Below, piece by piece: positions 1-10,632 of a stretch of 64,000 nucleotides of DNA (positions within the stretch are counted from its first letter, which is position 1; each line of letters opens with the position of its first letter). The translations under genes were made by a program, and so were the position numbers. Source of the stretch: an uncultured Gammaproteobacteria bacterium (GTDB lineage: Bacteria; Pseudomonadota; Gammaproteobacteria; Steroidobacterales; Steroidobacteraceae). A model generated the notes under the pieces. It saw nothing but the letters and a program-made list of their open reading frames with translations. It made no database searches and was not told the origin of the DNA. The DNA lies in assembly GCA_963801685.1 (NCBI GenBank), contig CAWDFR010000010.1, forward strand, positions 104,375 to 168,374. Direction: 5' to 3'.

Positions 1-502
<502 letters not shown>

Positions 503-529
503 AAGAGGACACGCTTCCAAAGGAAACCA

Positions 530-1393
530 ATGGCAGGCGCTAAGGAAATTCGCGGCAAGATCGCGAGCATCAAAAACACGCAGAAGATCACCAAGGCCAT
601 GGAGATGGTCGCGGCGAGCAAGATGCGCAAGGCGCAGGATCGCATGCGCGCCGCGCGCCCCTATGCCGAGAAGATTCGCCGGATCGTCGGCCATCTGCGG
701 CAGGTGAACCTGGACTACAAGCATCCGTTCACGCTCGAGCGGCCGGTGCAGGCCGTGGGCCTCATCGTGGTCAGCACCGATCGCGGACTCGCCGGTGCGC
801 TCAACTTGAATCTGTTCAAGGCCGCGCTCGCCGCCATCAAGGAAGCGCACGCGAGCAACGCCAAGGTGTACGTGTGCGCGATCGGCCTCAAGGCCGTGCA
901 ATTCTTCCGGCGTCTTGCCGGCATCGAGCTCGCCGCCACCGCGACGCACCTCGGCGACCGGCCGCACATCAAGGATCTGGTCGGGCCGATCAAGGTGATG
1001 CTGGACCTGTACCGAGAGGCGAAGATCGACCGGCTGCTGCTGGTGAACAACGTGTTCGTGAACACCATGAGCCAGAAGGGCACGGTGTCGCAGCTGCTGC
1101 CGCTGCAGACCATCGACAAGAGCGAGCTCCAGGAGCGCTGGGACTATATCTACGAGCCGGACGCCGCCGAGATTCTCGACACGCTGCTGATGCGCTACAT
1201 CGAGTCGCAGATTTTCCAGGCCACCGTGGAGAACGTGGCCTCCGAGATGGCGGCACGCATGGTGGCGATGAAGAGCGCGTCCGATAACGCGGGTGCGCTC
1301 ATCGACGAGCTGCAACTCATTTACAACAAGGCCCGCCAGGCGGCGATCACGAAAGAGCTTTCGGAGATCGTCGGCGGCGCGGCAGCGGTTTAG
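530..1393 (+). CDS. atpG: ATP synthase F1 gamma subunit
   Basis: An intact 287-aa ORF starts [36 protein letters not shown] and ends [15 protein letters not shown]. It sits between atpA and atpD. Confidence 0.95.
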   Translation: MAGAKEIRGKIASIKNTQKITKAMEMVAASKMRKAQDRMRAARPYAEKIRRIVGHLRQVNLDYKHPFTLERPVQAVGLIVVSTDRGLAGALNLNLFKAALAAIKEAHASNAKVYVCAIGLKAVQFFRRLAGIELAATATHLGDRPHIKDLVGPIKVMLDLYREAKIDRLLLVNNVFVNTMSQKGTVSQLLPLQTIDKSELQERWDYIYEPDAAEILDTLLMRYIESQIFQATVENVASEMAARMVAMKSASDNAGALIDELQLIYNKARQAAITKELSEIVGGAAAV

Positions 1394-1408
1394 GCAAGAG
1401 GTTTCAAT

Positions 1409-3268
<1,860 letters not shown>

Positions 3269-3291
3269 CCCCGACTTCTCGAGGAGCTGTC

Positions 3292-4764
3292 ATGCCGCTT
3301 TCCGTCGTCATACTCGCCGCGGGACAGGGCAAGCGCATGAACTCGGACCTGCCCAAGGTCCTGCAGCCGCTCGCGGGACAGCCGCTCCTGCAGCATGTGA
3401 TCCGCACCGCCCGCGCGCTCAATCCGGCGAACGTGTACGTGGTGTACGGGCATGGCGGTCCGCAGGTGCGTGCCGCGTTCGACCACGAGGAGGTCGACTG
3501 GGTGCTGCAGGCGGAGCAGCTCGGCACCGGGCACGCCGTCATGCAAGCCATGTCCGCCATTCCCGACGACCATACCGTCCTCGTGCTTTATGGCGACGTA
3601 CCGTTGATACGGGCCGCCACGCTCCAGGCGCTGACCGTCGCGGCGAACACGGGGGCGCTCGCCATCCTGTCCGTCAGACTCGATCAGGCGGCGGGTTACG
3701 GCCGCATCGTGCGCGACCCGATGGGCCTGGTGCGGGCCATCGTCGAGCACAAGGACGCGAGCGCCGACGAGCTGATGATCAAGGAAGCCAACTCCGGACT
3801 GATGGCGGCCCCCGCCGGACGCCTGCGGGGCTGGCTCCTCGGGCTCGGCACGGAGAATTCCCAGCGCGAGTATTACCTCACCGACGTCGTCGGCCTCGCC
3901 GTGAAAGCCGGGGACCGCGTCGAGGCCGTGCTTGCGCCGAGCGCCACCGAGGTGCTCGGCGTCAACGACCGCATCCAGCTTGCGGAAGTCGAGACATGCT
4001 ACCGCATGGAACGGGCGCGCGAGCTGATGGTGGCCGGCGCCACGCTCGCGGATCCGGCGCGCATCGACGTGCGCGGCGGCGAGGTCTCCGTCGAGCGCGA
4101 CGTATTCATCGACGTGAACGCCGTGTTCATCGGCAAAGTCCATCTCGCGGCGCGCGTGAGGATCGGGCCCAACTGCCTCATCAAGGATGCCAGCATCGGC
4201 GCGGATACCGAGGTGTTCTCCAACTGCGTCATCGAAGACGCGCAGATCGGCGAACATTGCCGTGTCGGCCCGTTCGCGCGCTTGCGTCCGCGCACGCGTG
4301 CTCGCGCGCGGCGTGCACATCGGCAACTTCGTCGAAGTCAAGAACAGCGAGATCGGGCGCCGACAGCAAGGCGAATCATCTGAGCTATGTGGGCGACACG
4401 CGCGTGGGGAGTGGTGTCAACGTGGGCGCCGGCACGATCACATGCAATTACGACGGCGCCAACAAATGGCCCACCGAGATCGGCGACGGCGCCTTCATAG
4501 GCTCCGGCAGCATGCTCGTGGCTCCCGTGCGCATCGGCGGCCGGCGCGACCATCGGCGCCGGATCGACCATCGCTGCGAATGCTCCGCAGGGCAAGCTGA
4601 CGTTGACGCGTGCGCCGCAAGTCACGTCCTCGCGCTGGACCCGGCCGCGCAAGCTCGCCGCCGAGGAGCACGCGGCCGCGGTCGAGCGCGCCTTGAACGA
4701 GCCGCAAGGGGACACCGATCCCGCTGCGGGCACGGGCTCTCCCGACGCGGAGAAGGAGAGTTGA
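3292..4764 (+). CDS. glmU: Bifunctional GlcNAc-1-P uridyltransferase / GlcN-1-P acetyltransferase, frame broken three times
   Basis: The N-terminus reads [25 protein letters not shown]. The left-handed beta-helix part ([39 protein letters not shown]) continues through frames 1, 2, 0 and 1. The +1 changes are near 4292, 4356 and 4538. Confidence 0.9.
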
Positions 4765-4790
4765 AGGGATTTAGGCCGCCGCCATCGGCG

Positions 4791-5069
4791 TCATTTCTTC
4801 AAGTACTGATGCACGATCTCGATCAGCTCCTCGGCGGCGGCCGAGCGTGCCTCGGGGTCTGCGCGCGGGCTCATCATGTGCTCGCGCATGTGATCCTCGA
4901 TCACCTCCGCGATGAACCCGTCCAGAGCGCCGCGGCACGCGGTCGCCTGCTGCAGGACCGTCGTGCATTCATCGTCTGCGTCCACGGCGCGTTCGATCGC
5001 CTCGAGCTGCCCTCGCATGCGCTTCACGCGGTTCAACAATTTGGTCTTCTCTCGCGCTACATGCCCCAT
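4791..5069 (-). CDS. CsoR/RcnR/FrmR-family metal-sensing repressor, RcnR-like
   Basis: [61 protein letters not shown] aligns with E. coli RcnR as I recall it. Ligand positions H3, C35, H60 and H64 are all present. The start was chosen at the second Met of the tracked ORF. Confidence 0.8.
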   Translation of the reverse strand: MGHVAREKTKLLNRVKRMRGQLEAIERAVDADDECTTVLQQATACRGALDGFIAEVIEDHMREHMMSPRADPEARSAAAEELIEIVHQYLKK

Positions 5070-5090
5070 CCGGCGGACTCCTTGCAAACT

Positions 5091-5107
5091 ATACCCTGGT
5101 AGGGTAT
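5091..5107. promoter_or_regulatory. Putative RcnR/CsoR-family operator, ATACCC-N5-GGGTAT inverted repeat
   Basis: ATACCCTGGTAGGGTAT lies 22 bp upstream of the repressor start codon, in the divergent intergenic region. It resembles the TACCC...GGGTA type operators of this family. Confidence 0.55.
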
Positions 5108-5232
5108 CTTAACACATCACCGGCGCGCTTCCGAGCCGGGCGATCGATTCGTAACACGATTGTCCGAGAATCGAGCGGCCGGTCCAAGCGCCGACCTCAT
5201 CGGGCGCGAGCGGCGCCCGAAGGGAGACCATC

Positions 5233-5370
5233 ATGATCAATTTCGGCTTTCGAGTCGCAGGTCGCGCGGCGCGCCTGCGAGAGGTTGCGGCCGAAGTCCT
5301 CGTGTTCGTGTGGGGCGCTGCGGTGCTGAGTTTCTGCGTGCTGATCATGGCGCTCTATTTCCTGGTGTAG
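5233..5370 (+). CDS. 45-aa hydrophobic micro-protein (one predicted TM helix), not in the ORF track
   Basis: The ATG is preceded by AGGGAGA at 5-6 nt. The product reads MINFGFRVAGRAARLREVAAEVLVFVWGAAVLSFCVLIMALYFLV. Its TAG stop lies 2 nt before the porin ATG. Confidence 0.4.
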   Translation: MINFGFRVAGRAARLREVAAEVLVFVWGAAVLSFCVLIMALYFLV

Positions 5371-5372
5371 TC

Positions 5373-6767
5373 ATGCGCTGCCGTCGCAGCTTTTTGCCGC
5401 TGCGGCCGGGCGCGCTCGCGTTCGCTTTCCTCGCCCTGGCGCTCACCTGCGTGGGCGCAGGCAGCCCTCCGGTGCATGCCGATCCAAATGCGGGCACCGC
5501 GGCCGAGGCGGCCGACACGAGTGCAACGCCCGATGAGCGTTATGCGGTCCACGGGCAGGCGACGTACGTCGAGCAGGACACGGACAACTTCCGTGCGCCC
5601 TACCGCGGGAGCCATAGTCTCACGCCCGACAGAGGCCGCGAGACCTCGGATCTCACTCTTTTTCTCGGCGCGCGTCTCTGGCGCGGCGCGGAGTTCTGGA
5701 TTTCGCCCGAGATCGACCAGGGACGCGGCCTCGACGACACGCTCGGTCTGGCGGCGTTCTCGAGCGGCGAGGCTTATAAGGTGGGCTCGAACGCGCCGTA
5801 CCTGCGGCTGCCGCGCTTGTACGCGCGCCAGACCGTCGACACGGGCGGGGAGCGCGAGAACGTCGAGGGCGTCGCCAATCAGCTGGCCGGCTCGCGCAGC
5901 ACCGACCGCTGGGTGTTCACCGTCGGCAAGTTTTCGGTGACCGACGTGTTCGACACGAATCAATACGCTCATGACCCGCGGAGCGACTTTTTGAACTGGG
6001 CCGCCGTCGACGCCGGCACCTACGACTACGCCGCCGATGCTTGGGGGTACACGGTGGGTGCGGCGGCGGAGCGCTATATCGGGTCGTGGACGTTCCGGGC
6101 GGGTGTGTTCGATCTGTCGGTCGTTCCGAACGACCCGCACCTCGACCCGGCGTTCCATCAGTTCCAGATGGACGGCGAGATCGAGAAGCGCTACCCCTTG
6201 TTCGGCAAGACGGGGCGCATTCTTTTCACGGCGTGGGACACCCGCGGACGCATGGGGCTGCTCGATCAGGCGATTGCACTCGGTCTGGCCACGGACACGC
6301 CGCCGAATCCCGCCCTGGTCCGCCAGTACCGCAGCCGCATCGGCGGAAGCTTCAACCTGGAGCAGCCGGTGAGCGATGACTTCGGCCTGTTCGCCCGCGT
6401 CGGGAAGGCGCAAGGCAATGTCGAGGTCTTCGAGTTCACGGACATCGACCGCTCGGTCGAGGTCGGCGGATCCCTCAAAGGGACGCACTGGTTTCGCCCC
6501 GGCGATACCTTCGGGGTCGTACTCCTGGACGACGGCATCTCCGCGGAGCGCGAGGAGTATCTGAATCTCGGCGGCCTCGGCATCCTGGTGGGCGACGGCA
6601 AGCTACCGCACCCCGGTGCGGAAGAGGTGGTCGAGACTTACTACAGCATCGGGTTGGTTTCGTGGGCGCAGCTGACCGCCGACTACCAGTACGTCAGGAA
6701 CCCCGCCTACAACCGCGATCGCGGACCCGTGTCCATATGGGCCCTGCGCCTGCATATGCAGTTTTGA
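5373..6767 (+). CDS. OprB-family carbohydrate-selective porin
   Basis: It has a signal peptide, MRCRRSFLPLRPGALAFAFLALALTCVGAGSPPVHA. OprB-like blocks are present (HGQATYVEQ..FRAPY.G.SL, GKFSVTDVFD, ADYQYV.NPAYN.DRGPV). The start was trimmed from the 535-aa tracked ORF. Confidence 0.8.
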   Translation: MRCRRSFLPLRPGALAFAFLALALTCVGAGSPPVHADPNAGTAAEAADTSATPDERYAVHGQATYVEQDTDNFRAPYRGSHSLTPDRGRETSDLTLFLGARLWRGAEFWISPEIDQGRGLDDTLGLAAFSSGEAYKVGSNAPYLRLPRLYARQTVDTGGERENVEGVANQLAGSRSTDRWVFTVGKFSVTDVFDTNQYAHDPRSDFLNWAAVDAGTYDYAADAWGYTVGAAAERYIGSWTFRAGVFDLSVVPNDPHLDPAFHQFQMDGEIEKRYPLFGKTGRILFTAWDTRGRMGLLDQAIALGLATDTPPNPALVRQYRSRIGGSFNLEQPVSDDFGLFARVGKAQGNVEVFEFTDIDRSVEVGGSLKGTHWFRPGDTFGVVLLDDGISAEREEYLNLGGLGILVGDGKLPHPGAEEVVETYYSIGLVSWAQLTADYQYVRNPAYNRDRGPVSIWALRLHMQF

Positions 6768-6840
6768 CTTCCGCACTGCGTCGCAGCATACCCCATGTGC
6801 AACCCAGGCCGCGCGCAGCCAGCACATTTGATCTTTGTAC

Positions 6841-6869
6841 TTGACAATAGATGTATATGCATGTAAATT
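6841..6869 (+). promoter_or_regulatory. Putative sigma70 promoter of the marR-family gene with an embedded near-palindromic box
   Basis: The promoter is TTGACA (6841-6846), a 17-nt spacer, then TAAATT (6864-6869). The spacer contains ATGTATATGCATGTA (6851-6865), which is related to the perfect palindrome at 7331-7342. Confidence 0.5.
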
Positions 6870-6876
6870 AACGGCT

Positions 6877-7305
6877 ATGAAACTTCAATCGCTTCCCTGC
6901 TATTGCGCGACGCTGCGGCAGGCCGCCCGAGCGGTGACGGCACTGTATGAGGAAGTCCTCGCCGAGGGCGGCGTGCACGCAACCCAGTACACGGCACTGC
7001 AGATTCTCGAATCTGTACCCAAACTAACCACCACGGAACTCGCGGAGGCGATCGGGATCGACCAGACCACCGCCACGCGGACCCTTGCATTGATCCGGAA
7101 GAATGGACTCGCGGTCGACGCGCCGGGAAACGATCGCCGGCAGCGGCGGTGGACGTTGACCTCACAGGGCCGGGCGCAGCTGCGCAAGCTGAAGCCAGCA
7201 TGGGAGGCGGCGCAGGAAGCGTTTGAGAATCGATTGGGCCGGACCGAGGCGCAGGCCCTCAAGAGCGCCGCCTATCTTGCGGCGAGCAAGCTGGGGCCCG
7301 CGTGA
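6877..7305 (+). CDS. MarR-family transcriptional regulator
   Basis: A 142-aa winged-HTH pattern is present: ATQYTALQILESVPKLTTTELAEAIGIDQTTATRTLALIRKNGLAV..D.RQRRWTLT..G. Confidence 0.85.
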   Translation: MKLQSLPCYCATLRQAARAVTALYEEVLAEGGVHATQYTALQILESVPKLTTTELAEAIGIDQTTATRTLALIRKNGLAVDAPGNDRRQRRWTLTSQGRAQLRKLKPAWEAAQEAFENRLGRTEAQALKSAAYLAASKLGPA

Positions 7306-7330
7306 TCGGCATTCATTTTCGGGATAATAC

Positions 7331-7342
7331 ATGTATATACAT
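7331..7342. promoter_or_regulatory. Perfect 12-bp palindrome ATGTATATACAT, putative MarR box over the -10 of the downstream gene
   Basis: It overlaps a TTCATT-N17-TATATA promoter-like arrangement (7311-7339), 43 nt upstream of the ATG at 7385. It shares 11 of 12 nt with the box in the marR promoter. Confidence 0.5.
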
Positions 7343-7384
7343 ATTAATCGTCTGCTTAACTATGCCCACACCAGGAGAATCAAC

Positions 7385-7813
7385 ATGACCATTTCGAGCT
7401 TTCGCAAACACCTGATCCCTTCACTGGCGATGGCGTCCGCAGCTTTCTTTGGGGGCACGGCCGGTGCGCGAGCGGCGGATCTAACGAGCAGCGACCCGCA
7501 GGAGCAGGCGAGACAGCTCCTGGCGCCGACCAACATAGCTCGACCGGCTGCGCTATCCGGCTCATCGATGCCGAGCGGAGCCGACCGGGCGCTCGATCCG
7601 CAGGAACTCGCAAGGCGGCTGCTCGCAGGCGCACACAGCGCCGGGTACAACGAAATGGCGGTGCCCGCCGTCAGCACAGTGCCGGTGGACCGAAATGCAT
7701 CGCTTGGTGATGGTCAGGCTCTTGCCCAGCGGATGATTCTCAGGGCGCGAAGCACGGCGAAGACGCGCACCGCGACCACGGCCGCGGCTCATTCCCGGGC
7801 CGTGTTGCAGTAG
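7385..7813 (+). CDS. Secreted protein of unknown function with a threefold D(P/G)Q-x-x-A-x-x-(L/M)(L/I) repeat
   Basis: The RBS is AGGAGA. The signal peptide reads MTISSFRKHLIPSLAMASAAFFGGTAGARA. The repeats are DPQEQARQLL, DPQELARRLL and DGQALAQRMIL. Confidence 0.6.
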   Translation: MTISSFRKHLIPSLAMASAAFFGGTAGARAADLTSSDPQEQARQLLAPTNIARPAALSGSSMPSGADRALDPQELARRLLAGAHSAGYNEMAVPAVSTVPVDRNASLGDGQALAQRMILRARSTAKTRTATTAAAHSRAVLQ

Positions 7814-7915
7814 TCGGGGGCAAAAGCTAGTTGCGGTTCGTCACTCGCGGCAACGGGTCGGCACTGAGAAATGATTGCGACGGGCAGCCGCCGCCGATCC
7901 CGGCGCCCACCGCCT

Positions 7916-7999
7916 CATCTCGTCTGCTGCGGGCGTCGGCTTCGGCGCATCGAGTATCCTCATCACGTCCGGTGATCCGTAACGGGTGACAACAGCCGT
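7916..7999 (-). pseudogene. Remnant of the N-terminus of an MDR-family NAD(P)H quinone oxidoreductase / Zn-dehydrogenase
   Basis: The minus-strand translation TAVVTRYGSPDVMRILDAPKPTPAADE matches the typical start of these enzymes (xAVVxxxYGxPDVLxxxxxPxPxPxxxEV). Similarity is then lost and a stop follows. Confidence 0.35.
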
Positions 8000-8071
8000 A
8001 GTTACTTCGGGTGGCAACCGTGGGGTATGGTTAGTCCGGATTCATGGCGTATCTTGTCCTTGGGAGAACCT

Positions 8072-8440
8072 ATGTTGGACACAATCGGCCATATCGCCCT
8101 GACCGTAAAAGATTCAAGCAGAACAGCCACGCTGTTCAAGGACTTGTTCGACGCGGCGATTGTGACGCGTAAAGATGTCGATGGCCATGAGGAGACCTAC
8201 GTGAGACTTGGTCGAACCTGGCTTGTCCTGGTCCAGGCGGAAGTGGTGCGTCCCCGCACTGGTGATCACATCGCTTTCTCGGTTTCAAAGTCCGCGCTGT
8301 TGGAAACTGCAGAAAAACTCAAGAGAATGAATGTGGAGTTCTTTCTCGCCAGATCGGACACCGCGCTCTATTTCTTCGACTACGACAATCATGTCTTTGA
8401 GCTGGATACGACGGACTTGGACCGTGAGTTGGCAGGATGA
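8072..8440 (+). CDS. VOC-superfamily protein, FosX-like
   Basis: MLDTIGHIALTVKD..., GDHIAFSV and ALYFFDYDNHVFELDT match the metal-ligand blocks of FosX-type fosfomycin hydrolases. The RBS is GGGAGA. Local G+C is about 50 percent. Confidence 0.7.
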   Translation: MLDTIGHIALTVKDSSRTATLFKDLFDAAIVTRKDVDGHEETYVRLGRTWLVLVQAEVVRPRTGDHIAFSVSKSALLETAEKLKRMNVEFFLARSDTALYFFDYDNHVFELDTTDLDRELAG

Positions 8441-8618
8441 CGGCTGGAAAAACGAATCACCAGCACGCTCGGCGCTCGAGGATACGCTTAACCGTAAGAT
8501 CGATCTCAAGCGCTCTCGCGCCTTGCAGGCCGACATAATTAAAGAAACGGCCAAATATTGGGCGAGCATGTCACAGCAGTCCCCCCTAGCCCCTGGGGGG
8601 AGCCGTAGCGCCTGACTC

Positions 8619-9173
8619 ATGACACCAACGCCTCCCGCAACAATGCCGCTGGACACGGCGAGACTTCACCTGCGCCGGCCGGTCGAACAAGATGCCGACG
8701 CGATCGTCTCCATCGCCAGTGACTGGGAGGTCGCGCGCCGGTTAGCTCGGGTGCCGCATCCTTATACGGACGCCGATGCACGCTTTTTCTTCAACCACGT
8801 AGTGCCGAACGAGCCGACCTGGGCTATTTTGTGGCGCCAGACCAGCCGACTTATCGGCATGATCGGCTTGATGCCGCTCCCAGACGGGCGAAGCGCCGAG
8901 CTTGGCTACTACGTCGCCCGCGACCATTGGGGCCGCGGCGTCGCCACCGAGGCCGCGCTGGCGATCATAATCGTTGCCTTCGAGTCTTTCGGCTATCTCA
9001 AGTTGACAGCCAGCTATCACGCGGATAACCCAGCCTCCGGTCGCGTGCTGGCCAAGCTTGGCTTCACTGTTGTCGGCACTTCGAATCGCCCCTGCCGCGC
9101 CGAAGGCAGGGACAAATCCTCCGTCGAGGTCGAGCGGGTGCGAGAAAGGCCGAATCTACGCAAGCAAACCTAG
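8619..9173 (+). CDS. GNAT-family N-acetyltransferase (RimJ/RimL-like)
   Basis: LHLRRPVEQDADAIVSIASDWEV..., GYYVARDHWGRGVATEAA and NPASGRVLAKLGF give a typical acetyl-CoA binding pattern. Confidence 0.8.
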   Translation: MTPTPPATMPLDTARLHLRRPVEQDADAIVSIASDWEVARRLARVPHPYTDADARFFFNHVVPNEPTWAILWRQTSRLIGMIGLMPLPDGRSAELGYYVARDHWGRGVATEAALAIIIVAFESFGYLKLTASYHADNPASGRVLAKLGFTVVGTSNRPCRAEGRDKSSVEVERVRERPNLRKQT

Positions 9174-10480
9174 AGGTTGCGGACCACATCGCCCAAGTTT
9201 CGCGTTCGCCACACGTTGAGCATTTTCGTCATCATATGCAGCTGAATTCGCGCGTTCTCATGTTCACGGAAGCAGTCATCCTGATTACCTTCAAGGGCGT
9301 CGATATCCTCAATGTCCCGCTCGATGGCGATGGGGGCACCCATCGAGTGCGTCAGACCGGAAACTGCGACAATCAACAGAATGTGAAGCCTCATTTCGTC
9401 GAGGCTCAGCCGCGGGCCGCCCCGAGCCGCATACTCCTCGATAAACACAGTCAACAGTTCGTCTAAATGCTCATTCCAGATAGCCGGTTCGGCACCGCTG
9501 ATCGCGCCGCTGACGGCCTGAGCCATGCTGATTTGCCCCGCGTTTGCCCAGTCCATGAAACCGCATTGCAAGGCGCCCGCCACGTCCCGCCAGAACCAGC
9601 AATTGTCGATATTGGCATTCCAGTGAGCGAAGGCGATAAATTCAGGATTGCCGTACAGCACTTCTCTTATCCGCTCTTCTGCGGCAACCAGATCGGGAAT
9701 ATCGCGGATAAATTGCTCGCGGAACGCTGGTGCGCGAACGTTCTCCGGAAACAGTTGCGGGAAACGTCCGATGAAATCGAACATCCGGTTGGCGCGCTGT
9801 ATTAATTTCTCTTCCGGGACACGAATTGCAAACACCGCCGAGGCCTGCTTGCGGTTGTACGGGAATTTTCTATCGAACTCTGGCGACAATCTGCCGCCTC
9901 GGTGTGCTCCCGATAACTTGGCCAGACCTTTCAGAATGGCCCGGTAGTGTTCCACTGGCTCCGGCACCATGTAATCCAAGCACTTCGGGTAAAGTGCTTC
10001 CACGCCGTCGCGGCCATAGGTTATGCATTCGCTAATGATGAGCCCGGTCCCGGACGCCGACTCGACGTCAGCGAACAAACAGGCCGGTACGGTAACGGGG
10101 AAGTCCGGCGATCTGGAAAGCACCGCAAAATTCGCTTCCGAGATCATCGTGAAGCGCGCTCTGTCCCACAGCTCATTATCGAAATTCCGCGAGAACTTGA
10201 TGAACAGCCGCTCGGATAAAGCCGGCTCGGGCAGTGCGTATGCCAAGGTCAGCAATAGCTTTTTACCGGTGCCGCCCCCGAAGAATTCTTCAGCCTTGGC
10301 AATACGACTAACCCGGTTGTTGGCGGCCAGCGCACCGGAGGCATGAAAAGCCTTGGTGAGAAAGTCCGTGCCGCCTGAGACCAGCGTCGCGGCATCCGCC
10401 GGTATCTCAAGGCCGAAGATCTCGCCCGCGACCCAGCGCTTGTCGGCTGAGGCGGTTTGTTCGTTCTTCGCAAAAACCAA
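9170..10480 (-). CDS. Protein-kinase-fold phosphotransferase-family protein (APH/ChoK/EcKL-like), atypical catalytic loop
   Basis: It has a Gly-rich loop (FFGGGTGKK), an LFIKFSR lysine strand, a GLIISECI hinge, a catalytic-loop equivalent (AHWNANIDNCWF) and a DFG equivalent (FMDWANAG). The start is TTG. Its stop shares the tetranucleotide CTAG with the GNAT stop. Confidence 0.5.
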   Translation of the reverse strand: MVFAKNEQTASADKRWVAGEIFGLEIPADAATLVSGGTDFLTKAFHASGALAANNRVSRIAKAEEFFGGGTGKKLLLTLAYALPEPALSERLFIKFSRNFDNELWDRARFTMISEANFAVLSRSPDFPVTVPACLFADVESASGTGLIISECITYGRDGVEALYPKCLDYMVPEPVEHYRAILKGLAKLSGAHRGGRLSPEFDRKFPYNRKQASAVFAIRVPEEKLIQRANRMFDFIGRFPQLFPENVRAPAFREQFIRDIPDLVAAEERIREVLYGNPEFIAFAHWNANIDNCWFWRDVAGALQCGFMDWANAGQISMAQAVSGAISGAEPAIWNEHLDELLTVFIEEYAARGGPRLSLDEMRLHILLIVAVSGLTHSMGAPIAIERDIEDIDALEGNQDDCFREHENARIQLHMMTKMLNVWRTRNLGDVVRNL

Positions 10481-10632
10481 TTGTGTCGTTCCCGTGTGTA
10501 TTCACCGCAGTCTACCGCAGCCCGCGGCTGACCGAGGCGTGAGGTAGGCTGGTAGAGCGGCGACGGTTCCGTGCGCCAGGTAAAATCGGGCCGTCTGCCA
10601 AGTATCAGGCAGCAACTATCGGGCGCCCTGCT

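Noticed and set aside
5108-5232. A metal (NiCo or other) riboswitch in the leader of the micro-ORF/porin unit.
   Set aside because: Only short generic GC stems are visible. I recognised no conserved riboswitch core. Protein-based control by the adjacent repressor is the simpler model.
8580-8601. The hairpin UCCCCCC-N8-GGGGGGA between the FosX-like and GNAT genes as a terminator.
   Set aside because: No U tract follows it. It is 140 nt from the upstream stop and only 17 nt from the GNAT start. Its function is undetermined.
10481-10632. A second GEMM-type riboswitch ahead of the multiheme cytochrome, as occurs in Geobacter.
   Set aside because: The leader lacks the GGGCAAACC, ACGCAAA and UAGCGGGGU blocks on either strand.
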